From: Clostridia bacterium | Lineage (GTDB): Bacteria > Bacillota > Clostridia > UBA1212 > UBA1255 | Reading direction: 5' to 3' | DNA length: 64,000 bases | Assembly (NCBI GenBank): GCA_016287565.1 | Contig: JAEFAM010000002.1 | Coordinates: 7,648 to 71,647, forward strand | In this document: positions 37,844-46,890 of the stretch, piece after piece | How the letters are laid out: the number at the start of each line of letters is the position of its first letter | Numbering within the stretch: the first letter of the stretch is position 1 | Position numbers and translations under genes: made by a program | Notes under the pieces: generated by a model | What the model was told of the DNA's origin: nothing | What the model saw: only the letters and a program-made list of their open reading frames with translations | The model's database searches: none

Positions 37844-38626
37844 TCAGGTCGTCGAGGTGCCGCTGCTTCCGTAGCCCCTCTGGTATTCGTATTTGCCGCC
37901 TTTAAACGATTCGTGGATATCCGGAATGTCGCCCAGATAACGGACGCCGCTGATATTTGCCAGATCCTCGCCGCTCTTCAGGGATGTGTCAAGCATATAG
38001 ATGGCAAGTATCACCGCCACGCTGGCAACCAGTCCGATCAGGCCTCCGATCAGGCCGTTCCTCACCGCGTTGGATTTGTCCGCGCTCCTGGCTCTTGAGG
38101 CGTGGTTGAACACGTCAACGGTGCAGCCGATATACGCGTCTTTTACCATCGTTCCGGCATCTTCCCCTACTATCTCGCAGATGGCGTAGGACAGATCCGG
38201 ATCGTAGGTGGTTGCCTTAACGTGTATGATCTCCGAAGCGTCGGAGTCCGTGGATACTCTAAGGTATTTGCTCAGCTGTGTAGCCGTGACGCCGGCGTAC
38301 TTCTCGTCCTGGGCCCTGAGCTTTTCGGCCATGGACCTGAGGCTGTCGGACTTTTTGATCGCCTTTACGTACAGCGCCGCTACGTTTCGCCTTATATTGA
38401 TCTGCGAGGTGGTGACGGTGGCTTGAGATGACTCGTCGTCCGCCGACTTCATTATCGTATAGAGCTGGATCTCAGAGGTGTAAGTGGGTTTCCAGGTCAG
38501 GCGCGTGACAAGATACGCCGCCAGGGCAAGAACGAACGCGCTCAGGATGACCCAGATGATATTGTTCCAGACTACGAGCAATAACTTACCGAGATCGATA
38601 GCCGAATCTTTCGATTTTTCTTCCAT
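37844..38626 (-). CDS. CpsC/YwqC-type Wzz-domain modulator (transmembrane activator of the BY-kinase)
   Basis: Two TM helices flanking a periplasmic-type Wzz segment; position immediately upstream of the kinase. Confidence 0.7.
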   Translation of the reverse strand: MEEKSKDSAIDLGKLLLVVWNNIIWVILSAFVLALAAYLVTRLTWKPTYTSEIQLYTIMKSADDESSQATVTTSQINIRRNVAALYVKAIKKSDSLRSMAEKLRAQDEKYAGVTATQLSKYLRVSTDSDASEIIHVKATTYDPDLSYAICEIVGEDAGTMVKDAYIGCTVDVFNHASRARSADKSNAVRNGLIGGLIGLVASVAVILAIYMLDTSLKSGEDLANISGVRYLGDIPDIHESFKGGKYEYQRGYGSSGTSTT

Positions 38627-38749
38627 TACTCTTCTCCGATTTTAAAAACATTAAAAAAGCGATGGCATAAAACCACGGATAGGATTTTACCACATTCAGG
38701 GAGGTAAAACAACCCTTTTTTCAATTTGAAAAACCGGCAGATTTGTGCT

Positions 38750-39275
38750 AAATTTAGGGGCGGGGCGCAGTGATATTCTGCTTCGCAGAGTGATATTGCG
38801 CGGGGCGCAGTGATATTGTGCTTCGCACAGCTAAATTACTCGCTTGCGCTCGCAGCTAAATTGCGTGCAGGGCACGCAGCTAAATCGAAGCCGTCCGGCT
38901 TCGGCTAAATTGACCTTCGGTCAGCTAAGCTCGGTTGCGGCGAGTGATATTGCGCGAAGCGCAGTGATATTCTGCTTCGCAGAGTGATATTGCGCGGGGC
39001 GCAGTGATATTCTGCTTCGCAGAGTGATATTGCGCGGGGCACAGTGATATTGTGCTTCGCACAGCTAAATTACTCGCTTGCGCTCGCAGCTAAATTGCGT
39101 GCAGGGCAAATTAAGCTGTTCGCGCCAGCGAACGATATCACTCGGCGAAGCCGAACATCACTCGCACGCAAGTGCGAATATCACTGCGAGTGTTAACGAG
39201 CAATATCACTTGGCGTAGCCGAACATCACTCGCACGCCGGTGCGAATATCACTGCTCATACCAGCGAGCAACAGG
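38750..39275. repeat. Large mini-hairpin/octamer array that switches orientation near 39115 (GTGATATT/GCTAAATT units, then GATATCACT/GAACATCACT units)
   Basis: Units of about 20 nt: TGCGCGGGGCGCA-GTGATATT, CTGCTTCGCAG-A-GTGATATT, GTGCTTCGCAC-AGCTAAATT and so on. A 150-bp block (38760-38910) is duplicated at 38950-39110. The right arm reads CGGCGAAGCCG-AACATCACT, CGCACGCAAGTGCG-AATATCACT. Confidence 0.8.
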
Positions 39276-39288
39276 AGGCGCATGATAA

Positions 39289-39948
39289 TTGGAGCCGATC
39301 TGCTTTTCGAATAGAGATCTTGAGAGCATAGAACGCTCCGCGGCGCCTGGTGATTCGGGCGCCGAAGGGCTGCTTATTGCCGTTTTGGATAACGTGAAGC
39401 AGAAGATCCGCTCCGGCTCCCCTTTCGAGGAGGAGCCCCATATATTGCTGCGGGAGACCGGCGGGAAAGTCTCGCTGTATACAAATTATTTCCTCCGGAA
39501 TCAGGCTGCAGGCGGAGGCTTTGCGGACCTGGTCTTTTCTGATGAGTTTCTTGCCGGACTGGCGGAAGAGATATGCGACCGTTCGTTGACGGAACGGGAG
39601 CCGGAGCAGGGCGCAGGAGCGGGAACTGCAGAAGGAGAGCTGCCGGACGAAGATATTGCCGCATACGCGGGAAGGATTGCCGCAAAAGTGGCGGAAAAAG
39701 AGCGTGAGCAGGAAGCCGCGGAGAGCGCCGGAGGTTTGAGCCGGACGGGCCGCAATATAATGCTCAGGATGATACATTTTTGCGCCGGGAGCGGCGGAAG
39801 AGGCGATAAAAAAGGAAAGCTCCTTTCGAAGCTTTCCGTTAACGTTATTGACATGGCCGTGTCCGGATGTTCCGGCGCCCGGTCGAAGGAAGATCTGTCA
39901 GTGCTGGACGCCGCGGGTCATTTTCTCGGCATCGTCACCCGTTCATAA
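39289..39948 (+). CDS. Hypothetical protein (Ala/Glu/Gly-rich)
   Basis: ORF only. The only start in frame is TTG. No motif. Low-complexity middle region. Confidence 0.3.
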   Translation: MEPICFSNRDLESIERSAAPGDSGAEGLLIAVLDNVKQKIRSGSPFEEEPHILLRETGGKVSLYTNYFLRNQAAGGGFADLVFSDEFLAGLAEEICDRSLTEREPEQGAGAGTAEGELPDEDIAAYAGRIAAKVAEKEREQEAAESAGGLSRTGRNIMLRMIHFCAGSGGRGDKKGKLLSKLSVNVIDMAVSGCSGARSKEDLSVLDAAGHFLGIVTRS

Positions 39949-39991
39949 TTTCAGGATCACCTGAAGGATCCGCGGGACCGTCCGTTGTTCT

Positions 39992-40621
39992 TTATTTCGT
40001 GCCGAACAGCCTGTCTCCGGCGTCTCCGAGGCCCGGAACTATATAGGCGTGGTCGTTAAGTCTCTCGTCGATGGCGGCGCAGAAGATGTCCACGTCGGGA
40101 TGATCCTGGAGCACTCTCTGGATGCCCTCGGGAGCGGCGATCAGGTTCATAAGTTTGATCCTGGTGGCGCCTCTGGCCTTAATGAAATTGATGGCCGCGG
40201 AAGCGCTGCCGCCGGTGGCGAGCATGGGATCGAGCACTACCACTTCCCTTTCCGGAATGTCCGGAGGAAGCTTGCAGTAATATTCTACGGGCTCGAAGGT
40301 CTGGGGGTCGCGGTACAGGCCGATGTGGCCTACCTTGGCCATAGGAATGAGTTTAAGCACTCCGTCCACCATTCCGAGACCGGCGCGAAGGACCGGTACG
40401 AAGCAGATGTCTTTTCCGTCGAGAACCTTGCAATGAGCCGTTCCCACGGGAGTCTCGACTTCTTTGTCCACAGTCTTAAGTTTGCGCGTGACCTCGTAAC
40501 ACATAAGCATGGCTATTTCAGAGACCAGATCCCTGAAATCCTTAGTGTTCGTGTTCTTGTCTCTCAGCATTGCGATCTTGTGCTGGATCAGCGGATGATC
40601 ATATGCCAAAACCTGTCCCAT
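39992..40621 (-). CDS. upp: Uracil phosphoribosyltransferase
   Basis: PRPP-binding motif [13 protein letters not shown] and the C-terminal [15 protein letters not shown]. Start at ATG 40621 with GGGAGG Shine-Dalgarno. The track's TTG start lies inside the SD. Confidence 0.85.
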   Translation of the reverse strand: MGQVLAYDHPLIQHKIAMLRDKNTNTKDFRDLVSEIAMLMCYEVTRKLKTVDKEVETPVGTAHCKVLDGKDICFVPVLRAGLGMVDGVLKLIPMAKVGHIGLYRDPQTFEPVEYYCKLPPDIPEREVVVLDPMLATGGSASAAINFIKARGATRIKLMNLIAAPEGIQRVLQDHPDVDIFCAAIDERLNDHAYIVPGLGDAGDRLFGTK

Positions 40622-40705
40622 AAAACTACCTCCCAAAAATGAATGAATATATTTGTACAGCGTAAAATACTTTTTTGCGGACCGCGCCCGGCAATGCGCA
40701 GCGGC

Positions 40706-41776
40706 TCACCCGAACGCCTTCTCCGTCTTTCCTCCCGCAGCTCTGAACATCCTGTTCATCACGGCGTCGTCAACGCCCTCGCACCCGGTGGATTCGGCGA
40801 ATATCACGTCAACGCCCCTCGCGTCGAACTGCCTGAGCGAATCGAACAGCGCCCTGGCGTGCTCCGCGCCGTCTTTCGCGGGCCCTAAAGACAGCACCGC
40901 GTCAGCGTCCTTATAATAGCAAATATGTTCCTGGGTTGCAAGAACTCCCACCCGTTTTCCCAGGGATTTTTCTTCCGAGATACGGTGCCTGATCGTCCCG
41001 GCCACGTCGTCCGCGTTGCCCTCGTAAAGTATCATCTCGGCGCCGGGAGCGTAGTGCCTGTATTTCATGCCGGGGCTGGGAGGCCGGTCAACGGCGCCTT
41101 CGTTAAAGCGCCAGTCGAACTCGCCGCATTGTCCCGCCACCCGGGCAATATCTTCCTTCGTCACGAATCCAGGCCGCAGCACCACCGGCTCCGTACCGCA
41201 CAGATCCACTACCGTGGATTCCACTCCCACTTCGCAGTCTCCTCCGTCAATTATGACGTCAACTCTACCCTTCATATCTTCGATTACGTGCGATGCCCTG
41301 GTTGGACTGGGACGCCCGGAGAGGTTGGCGCTGGGAGCGGCAATCGGCACCCCGGCCCGGAGTATGAGCTCCCGGGCAACTTTATTAGCAGGCATGCGTA
41401 TTCCTACGGTCTCCAGACCGCAGGTGACGCGGTAAGGCACGATATCCTTCCTGTGTATGATCATTGTGAGAGGCCCGGGCCAGAATCTGGCGCCCAGGGC
41501 GTAAAACAGTTCCTGCTGATGCTCGGACGAGAAACGACCCGCCCGGAGCGCGGTCTCGTAATTGGCCACGTGAACGATGAGAGGATTGTCCCCGGGGCGC
41601 CCCTTGGCCTCGAAGATATTGCCCACGGATTTGGCGTCGAAGGCGTTGGCCCCCAGCCCGTACACGGTCTCGGTAGGGAAAGCCACCAGGCCGCCGTAAC
41701 GTATCACGGCGCCGCAATATTCCATTTTTTCCGGCTCCGGCCTTGCCGGGTCTATCTTTACGATCTCGGTCTTCAT
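40706..41776 (-). CDS. tsaC: L-threonylcarbamoyladenylate synthase (Sua5/YwlC type with C-terminal Sua5 domain)
   Basis: YrdC fold motifs (VAFPTETVYGLGANA...PSAN) plus a C-terminal extension of about 130 aa. Confidence 0.8.
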   Translation of the reverse strand: MKTEIVKIDPARPEPEKMEYCGAVIRYGGLVAFPTETVYGLGANAFDAKSVGNIFEAKGRPGDNPLIVHVANYETALRAGRFSSEHQQELFYALGARFWPGPLTMIIHRKDIVPYRVTCGLETVGIRMPANKVARELILRAGVPIAAPSANLSGRPSPTRASHVIEDMKGRVDVIIDGGDCEVGVESTVVDLCGTEPVVLRPGFVTKEDIARVAGQCGEFDWRFNEGAVDRPPSPGMKYRHYAPGAEMILYEGNADDVAGTIRHRISEEKSLGKRVGVLATQEHICYYKDADAVLSLGPAKDGAEHARALFDSLRQFDARGVDVIFAESTGCEGVDDAVMNRMFRAAGGKTEKAFG

Positions 41777-41836
41777 ATCTTCTCGGTCTTCATATCTTCC
41801 CGGCCTTGATATCTTCCCGGCCTTCTTTGTTTCAGA

Positions 41837-42919
41837 TCATTCTTCCCCCGCGTTGGCGAGCGTCCTCGCCCGGTCGTCCGTGATAAGGGCGTCGATGATC
41901 TCGTCCAGATCTCCGTTCAGCACCGATTCCAGCTTGTACAGCGTGAGGTCGATGCGGTGATCCGTAACTCTGTTCTGGGGGTAGTTGTAGGTCCTTATGC
42001 GTTCGCTCCTGTCCCCCGTTCCCACCTGGGAGCGCCTCTCTTTCGAAAGCGCCTCGTCCTTGGCGGCGGCCTCCATCTCGTACAGCCTGGAATACAGCAC
42101 TTTGAAAGCCTTTTCCTTGTTCTTGAGCTGGGACCGCTGGTCCTGGCATGTCACCACTATGCCCGTGGGCTTGTGGGTCAGGCGGATGGCGGAATCGGTC
42201 TTGTTAATGTGCTGGCCTCCTGCGCCGGAAGAGCGGAAAATGTCGATCTCCACGTCGTCCGGGTCAATGGTCACGGAAGCCTCCTCCGCTTCGGGCAGCA
42301 CAGCAACGGTGGCCGTAGAAGTATGTATGCGGCCGGAGGATTCGGTGGAAGGCACCCGCTGCACCCGGTGCACTCCGCTCTCGTATTTAAGCCGGGAGTA
42401 CGCGCCTTTTCCGTCAACGGAAAACACGATCTCTTTTATGCCTCCAAGTTCCGTTTCGCTGATATCCACCAGGTCAACGCTCCAGCCGCGCCCTTCCGCG
42501 TAATGTGTGTACATCCGGTACAGCACTGCTCCGAACAGCGCGGCTTCCTCTCCCCCGGCGCCTGCCCTGATCTCCATAAAAACGTTCTTGGAATCGTTGG
42601 GGTCTTGGGGCGTCAGCAATAGTTTCAGCCGGTCTTCCAGTTCCTCCGCCTCCCGGGTCTTCTCATCGAATTCCGTCTTTAAAAGCTCCCGGAACTCCGG
42701 ATCCGAGGCTCCCGGACCGTTCAGTTCCGAAAGCGCCTCGTCACGCTCCGCCACCGCCTTCTTGTATTGCCGGAATACCGTCACGATCTCTTCCAGGTCG
42801 GAATGCTCCGAAAGCAGCGAGGCGTAAAGCGCCCTGTTGCCGATGGTCCCGGGTTCGCTAAGGCGCATATTCAGTTCTTCGTACCGGTTTTCGGCCGCGG
42901 CTAATTTTTCCAGCATCAT
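41837..42919 (-). CDS. prfA: Peptide chain release factor 1
   Basis: GGQ motif ([11 protein letters not shown]) and the RF1-type PST tripeptide ([10 protein letters not shown]). Confidence 0.85.
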   Translation of the reverse strand: MMLEKLAAAENRYEELNMRLSEPGTIGNRALYASLLSEHSDLEEIVTVFRQYKKAVAERDEALSELNGPGASDPEFRELLKTEFDEKTREAEELEDRLKLLLTPQDPNDSKNVFMEIRAGAGGEEAALFGAVLYRMYTHYAEGRGWSVDLVDISETELGGIKEIVFSVDGKGAYSRLKYESGVHRVQRVPSTESSGRIHTSTATVAVLPEAEEASVTIDPDDVEIDIFRSSGAGGQHINKTDSAIRLTHKPTGIVVTCQDQRSQLKNKEKAFKVLYSRLYEMEAAAKDEALSKERRSQVGTGDRSERIRTYNYPQNRVTDHRIDLTLYKLESVLNGDLDEIIDALITDDRARTLANAGEE

Positions 42920-42961
42920 TTGGGCAGGATATTGACGGCTCCGAAGCGCCGTTGAAAGGGA

Positions 42962-44158
42962 TCAGAGCCAGTAAAGTTCTTCGAATATGGACATTGCGTA
43001 GGCGTCGGTCATGCCGGCTATGTAGTCGACGGTGATCTGTTCCGGAAGCGTTCCGGGCTCATACGCTTTTTCCTGTATGTACTTGATAAGGCGGGTGTCC
43101 AGGCGGTCGGGACCGTCGATGGAAGACATATCGAGGGCGCCGTATGAATCGACCTTGTCCTCCGCCTTGCCGAGCAGAGCGCAGACGCGGTTGTAGACCG
43201 CTTCGAAAAGGCCTTCTACGATGTTGTTGGTATTGGCCTCGTACCGCTTGATCATATCGGACTTGTATATCTTTTTGTAGTTCAGCTCGATCATCTCGCG
43301 CAGTGCCTGGCCGCACTCGTCGCTGAGGCGGATCTCGTCACGCTGGTAGCTGTTCTCCAGAAGGTCCTCCACCAGGGTGTTGATCATCTGGCCGTTGGTG
43401 GCGCCCAGCGTGGAACGGATGTCCTCCGGAATGCCGCTGTAGTCCATCATCTTGGCCCTGATGGCGTCTTCGATGTCCCGGCCCACGTAGGCTATCTTAT
43501 CCACCAGCCTCACCACACAGCCCTCCATAGTGGCAGGCATCTCCACGCGGTGCTCGCAGGTGTATATCTTCGACGGATCCTTTTTTCTGTTGGGCCGCAG
43601 GATGTATTCGTCAACGTTCTCGCCGCAGTGGCTCACGATGCCGTCCCGCACTTCGTACGTCAGGTTCAGGCCGCACTTGGACAATATCTTCTCCTGCGAT
43701 ATGCGGGTGGAAAGGCGGTCAACGACTCTCAGGCTGTGATATTCATGGCGGAACCGCAGCGCCGGATTGACCTTGTTCAGGCACTGATCCAGCTTTCTCT
43801 CGCCGCTGTGGCCGAAAGGCGCGTGGCCTATGTCGTGGCCCAGGGCAATGGCGGAGATCAGATCCTGGTTCAGCCCGAGAGTCCTGCCTATGGTGGTGGA
43901 TATGGAATTCACATACAGGACGTGCTCCATGCGGGTGCACACGTGGTCGTTCTTGGCGTTGAAGAACACCTGCGTCTTGTGCCTCAGCCGCCTGAAATCC
44001 TCCGAGTAGAGGATCCTGTTGGCGTCACGCTCGAATATTGACCGAACGTGGCATTCGGGCTCGTCGCTGAGGCGGCCCTTGCTGTCTCTGGCCCTGGTGG
44101 CCAGGGGGCTCAGCGTTTCTTCCTGTTTTAATCTTATCTCGCGCCAGGTCTCCGGCAT
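42962..44158 (-). CDS. dGTPase-like HD-domain deoxynucleoside triphosphate triphosphohydrolase
   Basis: HD motif ALGHDIGHAPFGH and overall dGTPase architecture. Start at ATG 44158 (MPETW) with AGGAGG Shine-Dalgarno. Confidence 0.75.
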   Translation of the reverse strand: MPETWREIRLKQEETLSPLATRARDSKGRLSDEPECHVRSIFERDANRILYSEDFRRLRHKTQVFFNAKNDHVCTRMEHVLYVNSISTTIGRTLGLNQDLISAIALGHDIGHAPFGHSGERKLDQCLNKVNPALRFRHEYHSLRVVDRLSTRISQEKILSKCGLNLTYEVRDGIVSHCGENVDEYILRPNRKKDPSKIYTCEHRVEMPATMEGCVVRLVDKIAYVGRDIEDAIRAKMMDYSGIPEDIRSTLGATNGQMINTLVEDLLENSYQRDEIRLSDECGQALREMIELNYKKIYKSDMIKRYEANTNNIVEGLFEAVYNRVCALLGKAEDKVDSYGALDMSSIDGPDRLDTRLIKYIQEKAYEPGTLPEQITVDYIAGMTDAYAMSIFEELYWL

Positions 44159-44169
44159 TGGCGACACCT

Positions 44170-44640
44170 CCTGTTGTTAGTGGGAAACGGGAAATGGCAA
44201 GTGGCAAATGGCAAGTGGGAAATGGAAAATGGCAAATGGCAAGTGGGAAATGGAAAATTATATTTTCCTCATTTTCAATCTGCACTTCTCGCTTTGCGTT
44301 TTTCAATTTCCGATTTGCAATTTCCAATTTGCAATTCTCAACTGGCAAGTGGGAAATGGCAAGTGGCAAATGGCAAATGGGAAATGATAATATCCTTTTC
44401 TCCTTTTCGATTTTCAACTATTCACTTGCAATTTGCAATTTCCAATTTGCAATTTTCTATCTTCCCCTTTTAATTTGCAATTTGCAATTTCCAATTTGCA
44501 ATTTTCAATTTGCAATTTCCAATTGTCACTTCGCAACTTTTAATTTGCAATTTGCCATTTGCAATTTGCAATTTTCAATTTGCAATTCTCCATTTGCCAT
44601 TTGCCATTTGCCATTTGCAATTTGCAATTTGCAACTAATC
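44170..44640. repeat. 470-bp intergenic block of heptanucleotide tandem repeats G[CG]AA[AG]TG alternating with complementary-orientation blocks CAATTT[GC]/CATTTGC
   Basis: Block 44175-44265 is (GCAAGTG/GCAAATG/GGAAATG/GAAAATG)n. Block 44300-44335 is (CAATTTC/CAATTTG)n. Block 44336-44385 is again (GSAARTG)n. Block 44420-44640 is (CAATTTG/CCATTTG)n. The track ORFs here (44025..44417, 44158..44679, 44174..44473, 44559..44771) are repeat translations. Confidence 0.85.
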
Positions 44641-44641
44641 C

Positions 44642-45607
44642 TCACGCCCACCACATCTCTCCCGCCTGCTCGAATATGAGCACTTCCTTCAGGAATTCGA
44701 TGGCTTTGTTGAGGCCTTCTTTGGGAGACATCAGCGAATCTTCGTGCTCGATGCTCACCACGTCGTCGTAGCCCACTTTCTTGAGCATGCTGACGATCTC
44801 TTTCCAGGTGGCAAGGTCGTGGCCGTAGCCCATTGTGCGGAACACCCAGGCGCGGTGGAGCACGTCGCCGTAATGCTTGGTGTCCAGCACGCCGTTCTTA
44901 GCTACGTTGGCGTCGTCCAGCTTAACGTCTTTGCCGTGGAAATAATATACGGCGTCGCCCAGTTCGCGGATGGCTTCCACCGGATCCATCCCCTGCCAGA
45001 ACAGGTGGCTGGGATCCACGTTGGCGCCGATCATATCTCCTACCGCCGCTCTCAGTTTAAGCAGCGTTTCGGGGTTGTACACGCAGAATCCGGGGTGCAT
45101 CTCGAATGCGATCTTCTCGATACCGTGGGCAGCGGCAAATTCGGCGGTCTTCTTCCAGTAAGGGATCAACACTTCGTTCCACTGGTAGTCCAGTATCTTC
45201 AGGAAATCGTCGGGCCAGGGGCAGGTCACCCAGTTGGGATATTTGGAATCGGGGCAATCTCCGGGGCAGCCCGAGAAGCCTACGATGCGCTTTACTCCAA
45301 GCTTTTCCGCCAGCAGTATGGCGTCGATGAAATCCTCGTGGAAGGCCGAAGCCACTTTCTTATCCGGATGCACGGGGTTGCCGTGGCAGGAAAGCGCGGA
45401 GATCTCCAGGCCGTTGCCGCAGATGGCGGCCTTGAACTCGTCGAGCTTTTTGGGATCGGAAAGCAGGACCTTGGGGTCCGCGTGAGCCTTGCCCGGGAAG
45501 CCGCCGCAGCCTATCTCTACGCACTGCACTCCCTGGCCTGCCAGGTATTTCATGGCGTCCGCCAGTTTCATCTCGCCTAAAACTACGTTAAAAACTCCTA
45601 ATTTCAT
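44642..45607 (-). CDS. Xylose-isomerase-like TIM-barrel sugar phosphate isomerase/epimerase
   Basis: AP-endonuclease-2/xylose-isomerase fold pattern (IEHED, metal-binding His/Glu/Asp positions). Confidence 0.6.
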   Translation of the reverse strand: MKLGVFNVVLGEMKLADAMKYLAGQGVQCVEIGCGGFPGKAHADPKVLLSDPKKLDEFKAAICGNGLEISALSCHGNPVHPDKKVASAFHEDFIDAILLAEKLGVKRIVGFSGCPGDCPDSKYPNWVTCPWPDDFLKILDYQWNEVLIPYWKKTAEFAAAHGIEKIAFEMHPGFCVYNPETLLKLRAAVGDMIGANVDPSHLFWQGMDPVEAIRELGDAVYYFHGKDVKLDDANVAKNGVLDTKHYGDVLHRAWVFRTMGYGHDLATWKEIVSMLKKVGYDDVVSIEHEDSLMSPKEGLNKAIEFLKEVLIFEQAGEMWWA

Positions 45608-45619
45608 ATGGCACCGTCC

Positions 45620-46733
45620 TTATTTGTTTTTATTGAATTCCGCCGCTAAATAAGCGTTTATAAATCCGTCGATATGGCCGTTCATGACCCTGTCCACCAT
45701 CGTTTCTTCGTAGGAAGTGCGGTGGTCTTTCACCAGCGTGTACGGACAAAATACGTAGGAGCGTATCTGGCTGCCCCAGGCGATCTCCATCTGGACGCCT
45801 TTCAGGTCTTCGATGCGGGCAACGTTTTCACGCTGCTTGATCTCGAACAGCTTGGACCTCAGCATGCGCATGGCGGTCTCCCTGTTCTGGACCTGGGAAC
45901 GCTCGGTCTGGCAGGCAACGGTGATGCCGGTGGGCTTGTGGGTGATGCGCACCGCGGAGTCGGTCTTGTTGACCTTCTGGCCGCCGGCGCCGGATGAGCG
46001 GTACGTGCCCACGTCCAGGTCTTCGGGACGGATGTCGATCTCGATGGTGTCGTCGATCTCGGGCATGACTTCCACGGAGGCGAAAGAGGTGTGTCGCCTT
46101 CCCGCGGCGTCGAAGGGAGATATGCGCACCAGCCGGTGCACGCCGTGCTCCGACTTCAAAAAGCCGTAGGCGTTGTCCCCGTTGAACTGCACCACCGCGC
46201 TCTTCAGGCCAGCCTCGTCGCCGTCAAGATAGTCCACTACCTTGACCTCGAAGCCGTGGTCCTCTCCCCAGCGGCAATACATCCTGAACAACATGGAGCC
46301 CCAGTCCTGAGACTCGGTGCCTCCCGCGCCGGGATGTATGGTGAGGATGGCGTTGTTGGCGTCGTACTCTCCGGTGAGCAGCGTCTCCAGACGCAGCATC
46401 TCGAATTCTTCGTTATATTTCTCGATGGTCTCCGCCACCTGGGCAGGCATCGATTCGTCGTTTTCCTCGTTGCCCAGCATGATCATCAGCTGGATCTCCT
46501 CCAGCATCGATTCCAGATGCTGGAATTTTCCGAGTTTGGTCTTGAGCACTTTAAGGTGCTTCAAAGTGGCCTGGGAATTTTCCTGATCGTTCCAGAAATC
46601 CGGCTCGGAAGCCTTATTTTCCAGCTCTTCGATCAGATTTGACATGCCCTCCGTGTCAAAGTGAATCCCTCAGATCATATAAATTTTTCTGGAGCCCGTC
46701 GATGGCCTGGGCGTATTGATCCAGTTCAAACAT
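45620..46733 (-). CDS. prfB: Peptide chain release factor 2, expressed through a programmed +1 frameshift
   Basis: SPF tripeptide and GGQ motif. ORF0 is ATG(46733)...LRDSL then CTT-TGA-C at about 46655-46661, after which the +1 frame continues DTEGMSNLIEEL. A partial Shine-Dalgarno (AGGGAT) lies upstream of the shift site. Confidence 0.85.
46650..46665 (-). other. prfB +1 ribosomal frameshift site (CUU UGA C) with upstream internal SD-like AGGGAU
   Basis: Reverse complement of 46640-46675 reads ...AGGGATTCACTTTGACACGGAGGGCATG. Confidence 0.8.
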
Positions 46734-46890
46734 TTTATATCATCTCCTTTGCGGCCTTGCCGCTCATAAAATTATTATATTGCCGGCCGCCCGGTGAAGG
46801 CGCGCCGCGTCGGTTCTCTGATTTCGGTTCGGCGTGTTTTACGGCCCTTTCCGGAGGGCCTCTCCCCGCTTCTCTGATTTTATCATATTT

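Noticed and set aside
39256-39948. Confident gene call for 39289..39948(+) or its antisense ORF 39256..39777(-)
   Set aside because: Neither has an ATG start or a recognisable domain. The plus-strand ORF is kept only as a low-confidence feature.
44158-44679. ORFs 44158..44679(+), 44174..44473(+), 44025..44417(-) and 44559..44771(+) inside the heptamer block
   Set aside because: Their peptides are pure repeat translations (GKWQ, NLQFAI). There is no RBS or start-codon context. They are artefacts of low-complexity DNA.
46734-46890. Promoter or terminator assignment in the prfB-rnr gap
   Set aside because: A TATAAT-like hexamer exists, but the -35 spacing is poor. The hairpin GGCCCTCCGGAAAGGGCC lacks a U-run. 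Too weak to call.
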